Below, piece after piece: positions 37,501 to 44,200 of a DNA stretch of 64,000 nt. The stretch covers positions 31,997 through 95,996 of the forward strand of contig JANQRI010000005.1 in assembly GCA_028284675.1 (NCBI GenBank), read 5' to 3'. A model generated the notes under the pieces. It was given only the letters and a program-made list of their open reading frames with translations. It did not search any database and was not told where the DNA came from. The stretch's first letter is position 1. Each line of letters starts with the position of its first letter. A program made the translations under genes and the position numbers. Source of the DNA: Gammaproteobacteria bacterium. GTDB taxonomy: Bacteria; Pseudomonadota; Gammaproteobacteria; HTCC5015.

Positions 37501-40500
37501 ACTTAACCACAGGGCAGGGGCCTGCTGTCAATGTCAGTGCAAGCCCCGGGGATGATTTGCAATTTACATTGCAAGTGGATAACACCGGACCCGTTGCGGG
37601 GAATAATGTTCGGGTGTTTGATGACCCTGATTTATTGAATACACCGCCGGGTTATTACGAAAATTTTTCCACAGATCCGACCGAAAGGCTGCGGAATGTA
37701 ACAATCAGTGCGCCCGCTACGGATAACTCATTGGTCGGTGGTGGTGTTAACAACTCGGGTTTTCTGGATATTACGCTAAATACGCTTGATGCCTGCCCGG
37801 CACCGCCGGCCTGTCCGCCGGGCAGTTCTGCAACCGTTACCTTCGATATTACATTGGATCAGGAAATCCTGAACACCGCGGTGCTGGATAATCGCGCGTC
37901 GACCAGCGTTTTAGGTTTACTTCCAGTGAATTCGAATTTGGTGCAGGTGCAGGTTGGCCAGACGCCAGGTCTTATTGTTGAAAAAACCTCACAGGATTTG
38001 ACAGGTGATCCGAATGTGCTCGCGGTGGGTGATCAACTGCGCTATACGATTACCGCAAAAAATATTTCAAATGAAAACGCGGTTAATGTGTTATTACGCG
38101 ATCAGATTCCGGCCAATACCACTTATGTTGCAAACAGTACTTTCCTGAACGGTTTTGCGGTGGCGGATCCGGCCGCGAATACTTCGGCATTAACCGATGG
38201 TTTGCTGATTAATTCGGTTGATGTTGCGGTGCCCGGGTTTATGACCGCAAATCCGGATCCGGCAGTGAATAATGTTGCAACGATACAGTTTACTGTCACT
38301 GTAAACAGCAATCTTGTGAACGGCACGGTTATTTCAAACCAGGGTGTCGTAACCGGTCTGGGTGAAAACAACGGTCTGGGCTTTGTGCCGATTCTCAGCG
38401 ATGATCCGGCCACACCGGTTGCGAACGATCCGACCCAGGATATTGTCGGCAGCGGTCCGATTATCGATGCGCAGAAACAAGTCAGTATTGTTGCCGGCGG
38501 TGCCGACGGCACCGCGGATCCGGGTGATACCCTGCGTTATACCATCACGGTGTTTAACAGTGGCAACAGTCCAGCCACCGGAGTTCGGCTACGCGATGCG
38601 GTGCCGGCCAGTACGACGTATGCAGCGGATACTGTATCTCTAAACGGTCTTCCGGTTGCGCAACCTGACGGTGGTATTTCGCCGCTGATTGCGGGTATCG
38701 ATATCAGTTCCAGTGATTTGACGCCGCCGTTACCGGGTGCTGGTGCCGGAACTTTGTCTGCAGGTGGCGTTGCAACCATTGTTTTCGATGTGACGATCAA
38801 TGGCGGCACTGCAGCGGGTACGATAATCAGCAACCAGGGTTTCATTACCTCCAATCAGCTGCCGGAAGAACCAACCGATCAGGATGGTAATGATGAAAAC
38901 GGTGATCAGCCGACTGAAATTGTCGTTGGCGGCATCCCGGAACTGGAAATTACTAAAGAAGTTGTGATTGTCGGTGGCGGTACTGCGCAGGCAGGCGGGC
39001 AGCTGGAATATCTGATCCGGGTTGAGAATACCGGGCCGGTGGCTGCGGATAATATCGTTATAAGCGATACGATGCCGGCATTGACGACCTATGTTAACGG
39101 GTCCGGCCGGATCAACGGCGCAGTCGCGGGTGTCACGTTTGCCGGTAATGTGTTGACTGCTGATTACACTTCGGTGTTTGGTACTTTGGGGCCGGGTGAC
39201 TTTTTCCTGGTCACGTTCAGGGTGCAGATTGATGCATTGGGTAATCCGGGTCAGTCGATCGATAATACTGCGAACCTGGTTTGGAATGATGGGGCGCCAC
39301 CGAATTTTAATGCGGCTGATTCGGCCAGTGTCGATATCGGCGGGGCACCGGGTGTCGTCAACTTAAATGGCCTGATCTGGCATGATGCCAATCACAATGA
39401 TTTGTTTGATCCGCTGCTTGAACAGTCATTGCAGGGTTGGGAAGTGCAGGTGTATTTTAATAATGCCGCGCCTACCTCTGCGGATACGCCTATCGCAACT
39501 GCACCGCTGACCAGTGACAGCGGTTTGTTTAGTTTTAACGGTTTGTCACCGGGCGGGCCTTATACGGTTACATTTGCATTGCCCGCCAATAATGTTGCAC
39601 TGGGTGAGACGGTATCGACTGCCGGTACGGCCGGCTTGATGATTATTACCGATATATTTGGCAGTGCCGGTAATAATCTCCAGGATGAAAATCTCGCGGT
39701 TGAACCGACAGGCGTCGTTTACAATTCGGTCAGCCGCACCGGTGTCGGCGGTGCGCGAGTACGATTGGTACGCCCGGATGGTTCGCCGGTTCCCGCGGGT
39801 TGTTTTATAACTCCTGCACATTTGACCAATCAGCAAGGCAATAGCCCTGAGTTGCTTGGGCAGGTTACCCCGGGATTTCAAACCAGTGCCAGTGGACAGG
39901 AAGTTCCTGCGCAGGCCGGTTTCTATCGTTTCGACCTGAATTTTACAGATCCGGTTAATTGCCCAATTGGTCTGTCGGATTATCAAATCCAGGTTATAGT
40001 ACCGAACGAAGATGATTTTGTTGCCGGCGTATCGGGCGTAATACCGCCGGATACCGGTCCGGTCAATCTAAATACCTGTACCGCACCGGCCGGCCAATCG
40101 GTGGATACCATACCACCGCCGCCAGCAAGCACCTGTGATATCCAGGCACAGGGTTTGCCGCCTGATCCTGTCATTCCGCGCGGTAACGGCACGCGTTATT
40201 TTCTGGATCTGCAACTGGGTCAGACTTCGCAGAGCCTGTTTAATAATCATATTCCATTGGATCCTGTATTGGACGGTGTGGTCGCTATCGCGAAAACCAC
40301 ACCGTTAAAGAATGTTGTAAAAGGTCAGTTGGTTCCATATACGATTACATTGACCAATTCATTTACTTTCCCGCTGACCGGATTGTTTGTTCTCGATAAT
40401 TTTCCGGCAGGTTTTAAATATGTTGAAGGTTCTGCACAGATCAATGGTGTCAGCACTGAGCCGGTAGTTGACGGCCTGACGTTAACCTGGAGTGATCTGA

Positions 40501-41264
40501 CTTTGCAGGGGCTCGATACGATGACAATTAAGTTGTTATTAATTGTTGGTGCCGGTGTTGGCGAAGGCGAGTATACCAATACCGCACAAGCGTTTATTGC
40601 CGGCCTGGCCGGTTCTGTTTCCGGTGTCGCCAGTGCCACAGTACGCGTCGTACCGGACCCGACTTTTGATTGTTCAGATGTAGTCGGCAAGGTTTATGAT
40701 GATCGCAATGCGAATGGTTATCCGGATAGCGGGGAACCGGGTATCCCGGGTGCAAGAGTGGTTACCGCCAGGGGGCTGGTGATCACCGCTGATCAATTCG
40801 GTCGTTTTCATGTTGTTTGTGCGGCGGTACCGAACCCTGACCGTGGTTCTAATTTTATTATAAAGCTTGATGAACGGAGTCTGCCTTCCGGATATCGGGT
40901 AACCACTGAAAACCCGAGAGTCCAACGCCTGACCCGTGGTAAAGCCGCGAAGTTTAATTTCGGTGTCACCGTGCACCGAGTCGTGCGTGTTGATCTGACC
41001 GATGCGGCGTTTGAGCCGGGTGGTGCCGAGATACGTGAACACTGGCATTATGTGATCGACGATTTATTTAAGCAATTGCGCGAAGGTCCTTCAGTATTAA
41101 GGCTGTCATACCTGGGTGACAGAGAGTCCGGCAGTCTGGCTGCACGGCGGGTCAAAGCAACCAAGAAGCTGATCGCCAAACGCTGGAAGGCATTAAGTTG
41201 TTGCTACAACCTGCAGATTGAAACCGAAGTATTCTGGCGTACCGGCCGGCCGGGGGACAAGTGA
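28557..41264 (+). CDS. Giant (4,235-aa) secreted surface protein built of DUF11-type and prealbumin/SdrD-B-like beta-sandwich repeats; putative adhesin
   Basis: Uninterrupted 12.7-kb ORF (TTG 28554 / ATG 28557) with Sec signal peptide MPNKKITRQVLPLIRYCFFGFSLLALLTVHPIARA. It has many modules of the form L-x-[IV]-x-K...Y-x-[IV]-x-V-x-N-x-G...A-x-N-V-x-[IV]-x-D-x-[LI]-P, for example LIVEKTS...LRYTITAKNISNENAVNVLLRDQIP. Composition is acidic and rich in Thr, Gly, Asn, Val and Pro. Confidence 0.9.
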   Translation: MPNKKITRQVLPLIRYCFFGFSLLALLTVHPIARAVPLINSATQFTPADTARDPDSVPNNGDEYMDSAGVWNGLVEVTNTTGDSFQITLTNSAAGAPDPLVDDVAFDIGLTLNVPAGFRLPVSPFNVTTAATGGDPGAANCVAPGGGTITATQAGGAGTPITFNIPADTNLPARAPCNYSFQFGLTTNDSAPFVTGGNYQLDYDFSYNEIDDDAGSQQTTNAMQSVEVREGDIIIVKAAVPNPADPNGAYADGETAEWTVSVFGNGNGGSFAVLITDLLNINFDAATLQLTPPANPPGTPFPVPVGNNQYTINYLAPGQRVDITVQANVAVPANAASCPDLRNDVNAADRLGNASASFDSVVFDLQDPLLAYTPNDINIPFGGTDTVSFNVTNPGLGADGGTARNIVLDVSGLAGFTVSNVSALWAFDGTSQFTYLGLDGLPASGDEILVNGGSALLQFDVGMGTCGGPAASTLTWTPSYENLCGLSFTPPIETSTITVVNEPTLGITKAVAPGVTNFGQPAVYTIDITGANAGGLPTVAGVDNDWTVTDTLPPGVSAGVIPAVPTGTIITIGATVFTDVDTNIPVTAGDTIIWQGDRDDLVPTLPSITVNFTVDSGPFCPPDPPITIGNTATLDYPSCGINVADGAALLVNDSPIDGALQQFTISAGTPAPFETGRPDTDLVAVNEANEGERITFTATYQFPVGYPGIWSGSSLTTEMGTGAGGLAGSPLQLAFVDGNGDDLPTAGEVSGVTVQVTNPGGPDFPLTNLTIGAAAGQVTVNPGGTITIANLDFIGAVVGANMADTTFTIAYTVTAPEGNLDANLQPLDEVNIGAFTERLTFSVANNPASCGGGIDFTQGITGIQLERSDVGIGGNISTTNDAGACGPTTATIDITAPPAGGLNADNIRILLQGTDYVLPNMVGDYTFGGAGNLAALNPTISFAGSDVIIEVTPGDGGNLTGDSTISFPVNLNAAAAARDLPATVFFDSNHTSPDFSIALESDEDYNNAAVLAGPVQTANLDVEFFPPNVILGDPNNFADVDPGQPGLEGVFTWLVRITNVGTNTVSGYVFSNMVPPGFLPFRAGSSPVADAGLLTDPLMVWSGLPDLLPGGSVEITVAIGLPQNAGCNVGNPNQTTVASGCVDGTTLFTENGPNVLFPVIDLQLEHLDTSFCELCRDGTVELEVRNEGASDLYDVVVTENLAGSGLEYVLGSTEVFVEGTAGFVAVGDNAATNATQIVWDSTNIAALGQLLSEINGMPSEMTIRFRVRSSDPNAENLVAANRNISASGDFNLFCGDPGLPLVVDNFQVPLRQPQPQVEKLGRNFSARQTAADYADPVFGGTDDIVIWQVDVANSGVTSSADLEDLLVNDTVAPGLNFTLQFVCPTEADADARAVALETLVAPADACIPYLPVLDVDDPFGNPGNDQPGTFIDAAAGSSAFVYYVGTIQNLCTNENNNVDIQWGCESNSPPAGGINADGSGGALSAGLAAGDDDDSAFLSTTVDPNGVLVTQTFTGTNTAQPVGTKGILTITVTNNSGGTVRDLILTDTLPTDYELDLTSLNPPNTPFVVNPAFGVYPGIADTFAVNATNPNQPVFTFTSSTQGTVNQANLLRNGDELVLTVGVVRVRPFDNVNDPEVRTENPGDGTDPDYAPPLPADDDNTVSLQFSNTCGTVFTDADSVNLPSVIDVNINPEDIDVDINPADPNLLFILSDPTATLNFNVVVSNNGGHDASDYDTYVTVGNGIDPGVIPAGCALAAPPAELGFPPTNPAGILPPEYNPADSLTFRCVTTDPIPPGGSDTFGFTIQRALPLGVSGDLTFRADVLARTTLSDGSAPPDRGAAGYPYYSKDNILARIIGFNLFKTFFGNCSEDNPPPVANGNVIIGEECTFEVEAEWFGFATPGFGNIEVRNPRIYEGALTNNPPPPEGNPGVDPPNLPDTLDGQGLVSIDTTASSAGVSVAVQNPAAPAALAETGLAWRLNNIAAVGNTEERFIARVRWRTLNDPVNTSAVPNLHAALQNDEVNARFDVFFSGTGATVSFDETTAGYPPAALRIASVVVTEPNVTITKEVCNESISIANNPADSGANCQPFVALPGLVMGDSDDLFIYRLTVNNEAAASGVPRAPAYDVAINDSFDASDQIAPFDFTTDGLDNDGDGLVDAADLDGEGTVDDLVLVNGNPADITIDSANSTALAQVDPGATVELFYRARLDNMVTPTQQLINTADGTYDSLPGASGSQSAPLGASGALGGARQYNIPQAQATIEIDNIVVNPGSKEFIDSARRDAGLVAGVCASPCVDENVVIGEEVMVELEFTLPLSELRQFALEDNLPAGIECIEAMDIVLPVFNPPAVDPGFTPGGVFPAATCDANLVRWDLSLAGDQTLQGTGGTMQFDVQARFIARVQNTVVTNNGGIIANGGASTNVNVSYRDAGNTLVMIPIDEARLTVQEPVVTVTKTMDPVAPAITVDARDLINVTVQVQNNGTSPAYNLRLQDDLTAPGTNLTYIAGSQGGANIPDVIDLTIPNAPVFIFNNPLPPAGTFTFTFQVRAADIVQPLEELNNTVAARFTSLPNNNVALNAGGAIGLDGAPNGMRTGAIPPAGDPVNDYEAQGVDQEIVPPLTIVKNDLTPGVPTTIGVRKNFEVVLTLPEGVSNGVIVNDNLMAGTTSFVLENNAAFDIVYTFQDIVSINGVPVAGFATPADAEAAMAAFTAVDAATGLVIWNFGNVVTAIEQDPLTTVVNPRIVINYFARVGNNVTTVAGATLQNAADSNYINGENGGVEVINAPLLGPFVVVEPDLVVNKTGPAVMNPAVPASFTITADNIGTSTAWDVTITDLLPNLDPAPGGMCDNAPVITAIDVAGRALVENVDYTLTFNPAPACTFLITLIPTDAAPPANNARIDAGETLTVVYDHVLDADTASATNLTNIAGATQWFSLDTDGVLVPPEIRTYNRVLTNGTVGVPDHEDAHTLLAQGPVLSISKLVTNLTTGQGPAVNVSASPGDDLQFTLQVDNTGPVAGNNVRVFDDPDLLNTPPGYYENFSTDPTERLRNVTISAPATDNSLVGGGVNNSGFLDITLNTLDACPAPPACPPGSSATVTFDITLDQEILNTAVLDNRASTSVLGLLPVNSNLVQVQVGQTPGLIVEKTSQDLTGDPNVLAVGDQLRYTITAKNISNENAVNVLLRDQIPANTTYVANSTFLNGFAVADPAANTSALTDGLLINSVDVAVPGFMTANPDPAVNNVATIQFTVTVNSNLVNGTVISNQGVVTGLGENNGLGFVPILSDDPATPVANDPTQDIVGSGPIIDAQKQVSIVAGGADGTADPGDTLRYTITVFNSGNSPATGVRLRDAVPASTTYAADTVSLNGLPVAQPDGGISPLIAGIDISSSDLTPPLPGAGAGTLSAGGVATIVFDVTINGGTAAGTIISNQGFITSNQLPEEPTDQDGNDENGDQPTEIVVGGIPELEITKEVVIVGGGTAQAGGQLEYLIRVENTGPVAADNIVISDTMPALTTYVNGSGRINGAVAGVTFAGNVLTADYTSVFGTLGPGDFFLVTFRVQIDALGNPGQSIDNTANLVWNDGAPPNFNAADSASVDIGGAPGVVNLNGLIWHDANHNDLFDPLLEQSLQGWEVQVYFNNAAPTSADTPIATAPLTSDSGLFSFNGLSPGGPYTVTFALPANNVALGETVSTAGTAGLMIITDIFGSAGNNLQDENLAVEPTGVVYNSVSRTGVGGARVRLVRPDGSPVPAGCFITPAHLTNQQGNSPELLGQVTPGFQTSASGQEVPAQAGFYRFDLNFTDPVNCPIGLSDYQIQVIVPNEDDFVAGVSGVIPPDTGPVNLNTCTAPAGQSVDTIPPPPASTCDIQAQGLPPDPVIPRGNGTRYFLDLQLGQTSQSLFNNHIPLDPVLDGVVAIAKTTPLKNVVKGQLVPYTITLTNSFTFPLTGLFVLDNFPAGFKYVEGSAQINGVSTEPVVDGLTLTWSDLTLQGLDTMTIKLLLIVGAGVGEGEYTNTAQAFIAGLAGSVSGVASATVRVVPDPTFDCSDVVGKVYDDRNANGYPDSGEPGIPGARVVTARGLVITADQFGRFHVVCAAVPNPDRGSNFIIKLDERSLPSGYRVTTENPRVQRLTRGKAAKFNFGVTVHRVVRVDLTDAAFEPGGAEIREHWHYVIDDLFKQLREGPSVLRLSYLGDRESGSLAARRVKATKKLIAKRWKALSCCYNLQIETEVFWRTGRPGDK
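37971..39350 (+). repeat. Three consecutive ~160-aa canonical DUF11 repeats (protein-level, divergent at DNA level)
   Basis: The repeats start at LIVEKTSQDL (37971), IIDAQKQVS (about 38460) and ELEITKEVV (about 38940). Each carries the GDxLxYTI-x-V-x-N-x-G...V-x-[LI]-x-D-x-[IVM]P-x-x-T-x-Y pattern. Confidence 0.65.
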
Positions 41265-44200
41265 TGCGCTTCCGGTACGCGATTTTGTATTATTTGCTCG
41301 GTGGTTTGCCGTCAGTCGCGGTTTTTGCGCAGGATGATGTAACGGATAAAAACTGTCCGCAAGGTATTTGTCAGGTGATACCCGATTGCGAGGCGGAGGG
41401 CCTAAGTGAAGAAGAATGCGAGTCATATCAGCGTTCCCGTGCACGCGGGCGTATGCAGGACCAAAATAAAATTATTGAACCGGGTTTTTCGTTACGGAAA
41501 ACCAAATTGCCACAGAACAGTGAAATGCTGTTACCGGACGAGGCATTTACACTGTGGATGCAGGACGAAGAGCAGTTCCGGCCGCAGCAGGATGATGAAG
41601 TGGTTTTTGAAAAACGGATTGTGCAGGATGCAGAGACTATCAAGCTCGATGGGCTTGTTGATCCGGTTCGCTTTAGTTCCGGGCGTGACGATATTCCGGA
41701 GGAGTTTATTGGCCAGCTTCGTGATGTACTGAATGATATGCAGGGGCGTGCCAATGTCCGCTTGCATTTTATCGGCCATACCGATAATCAGGCTTTAAGT
41801 GGCGCATCAAAAGCGCGCTACGGTGACAACATCGGTTTGTCTGCAGCCCGCAGCCGGATGGTCGCCGAGTTTTTTCAACGTGCGCTGGGCTTGCCGCCTG
41901 AGGCGGTTTCATTTGAAGGTCGTGGTGCTGATGAACCGTTAGGGTCGAATGATACCGCAAGTGGCAGAGCGTTAAACCGGCGTGTCGAAGTGGAAGTCTG
42001 GTACGATGAAATTACCGAGAGAGAGGTTGAAGAGCAGGCGATCGGTGGGCCGGAAATGACCCGAATAAAAGTCTGCCGCGTGATGCAGCGTTGTATTTAC
42101 AAACGCAAAACAGGCAACTACAAAAAAATTCAGGTCATTAACGCGGTACCGCCGTTACGTTACGAAGGTACCCAGGTTGATATTGACAGTGCATATTTTT
42201 CACGTTTGCGTAAAGCGCTGGCTGATGTTGAGGATATGCCGAATGTTGCGATCCGGGTGGTCGGGCATACCGATAACCAGCCGCTGACCGGCGCTGTAGA
42301 ACGCATTTACACCGACCGAATTAATTTGTCGAAAGCATTGGCGAACCGGGTTGCACGGGTTATTCAGGAAACATTGAAACTCTCGAATACCGACGTAAGT
42401 GCTTTTGGAAAAGGCGAAACTGCACCGGTTGCACCGAATACCACTGCCAGCGGCCGGGCATTGAACCGCAGGGTTGAGGTGGAAATCTGGCATGATGATC
42501 CACGCGGCACTACCGTAAGCAAGCCGCTCGCCTGTCCGGGTGCGGCAGAGGCTGAGATGGTTACGCAAAAATATGAAGATGAAAAAATCATCGTGCCGTT
42601 CAAAAACGGTCAGCCGGCGTATCCGAATGGGTTTGTGCCGCGCGTGCAACGTATTCTGACCGAGTTGCGCGATAAAACCAATGTGCGCATCAATTTCTCC
42701 GGCCATACGACCAATGAGCGCCTGACCCGGCGCGCGGCCATGGTTTACGGTGATCATATGGGCTTGTCTGAGGCGCGTGGCCGACGGGTGATGCGCTATA
42801 CACAGGAGCAGCTGCAACTGACCGACGAACAGGTTCAGCATGAAGGCCGCGGTTTTATCGAGCCATTAAATAAACCGGATGATTCACCGTTTGCGCGTAA
42901 AACATTCAGTCGCCTCGGCCAGGATAATGATCCAATCGTGAACCCGGCCGATGCGCGGGTTGAACTGGAATTTTTATTCGATGAACTGGCCAAGGTTGAA
43001 GAGGACCCGAATCTGGAAATCGTGCCGGTCATGCAGGAAGAGCAGCCGGTCAGCCCGTTTTCATTGCAGCCGATCAGAGTCACCGTGGATGGGGTTACGC
43101 TGGATGATTCACGCCGGCATTCAGCCGATGTGCAGCGTTGTACCGATCTGGAGCTGGATAAGGTCAATATACAGCTTGCATACGATAATTTGCGTCAGTC
43201 ACCGCGACTGAATGTGCAGGCCGTGCCGGCAACCGTAACATTTTGGGATGATCCGGATACCGAGCCGATGGAAAACAAAGTGCGGTTCAAAGCCTATTCA
43301 AATTACCGCGCTTATATCGCGCGTGCTGAAGTGCGTGTTTATGATGCAGAGCAGTCTCTGCAGTCCGAGCCGCTGGAAGTGCTGCCGCTAAATGAAGAGC
43401 TTTATGCGGAATGGTGGTGGATACCCGAGATCCGGCCGTTCGAAGGACCGGTCAAAGAGCTGCGTTACGTGCTGCGTGTATACGACGATAAAGGCCGTTT
43501 CGATCAAACCGCCGCGAAACCACTGTGGGTGGTTAATCAGTTGAAATCGCCGGAATTTTTGCAGGAAATGGATACTGTTGCGGAACAACGTGTGGTGTAT
43601 GGTGAAAATCACCTGGCGAAGCGCGGTATTCCGGTCAATGGCGGCACGATCACCGTGAACGGTGAGCAGGTTGCTGATGGTTATACGGTATGGATTATGA
43701 ATCAGGCGGTGCCGCTGTCTGAGGACAACGCATTTGTTACTGAGCAGATTATTCCCGATGGCTTGCATTCAGTTGAAGTTGCCGTGTTGGATGGTGAAGG
43801 GAGCGGTAGTTTGTATCTGCGTGATCTCAGGTTAAAACGCAGTGACTGGTTTTATGTCGGTATCGCGGATCTGACGCTGGGTGTTGATGATACCGAAGGG
43901 CCGGCCGCGTTGGTGACCACCGATGATACTCATTATGAGAGTGATTTTTGGGCGGATGGCCGTATTGCGTTTTACACCAAAGGCAAAACCAAAGGTGATT
44001 TTACGATCACCGCAAGTGCGGACAGTCGCGAAGAGCCGTTAGAAGACTTGTTCAGCAATTTTGACCAGAAAGACCCTGATGCGGTTTTTCGTCGGCTTGA
44101 TCCTGATTACTTTTACCCGACTTACGGTGATGACAGCACCACAATAGAAGATGCACCGACCAGTGGCCGGTTTTTCGTGAAAGCTGAAAAAAATGAATCG

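Noticed and set aside
28722-41048. Dozens of 60-170-aa ORFs in other frames or on the opposite strand inside the giant gene (e.g. 28722-29228 -, 30940-31398 +, 39546-39986 -, 40674-41048 -).
   Set aside because: All are nested in one uninterrupted 12.7-kb frame with coherent domain logic. Their translations are rich in Arg, Cys, His and Trp, typical of out-of-frame reading of GC-rich coding DNA. None has a recognisable motif.
28557-41264. Giant protein as an RTX or T1SS (LapA, Bap or SiiE-like) adhesin.
   Set aside because: It has an N-terminal Sec signal peptide. I saw no tandem GGxGxD nonapeptides. There are no adjacent ABC, MFP or TolC genes, nor a LapG/LapD-type protease or receptor.
42200-42841. 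213-aa minus-strand ORF inside the 3xOmpA gene.
   Set aside because: It is antisense to the well-supported second and third OmpA-like domains. Its composition is not protein-like and it has no motifs.
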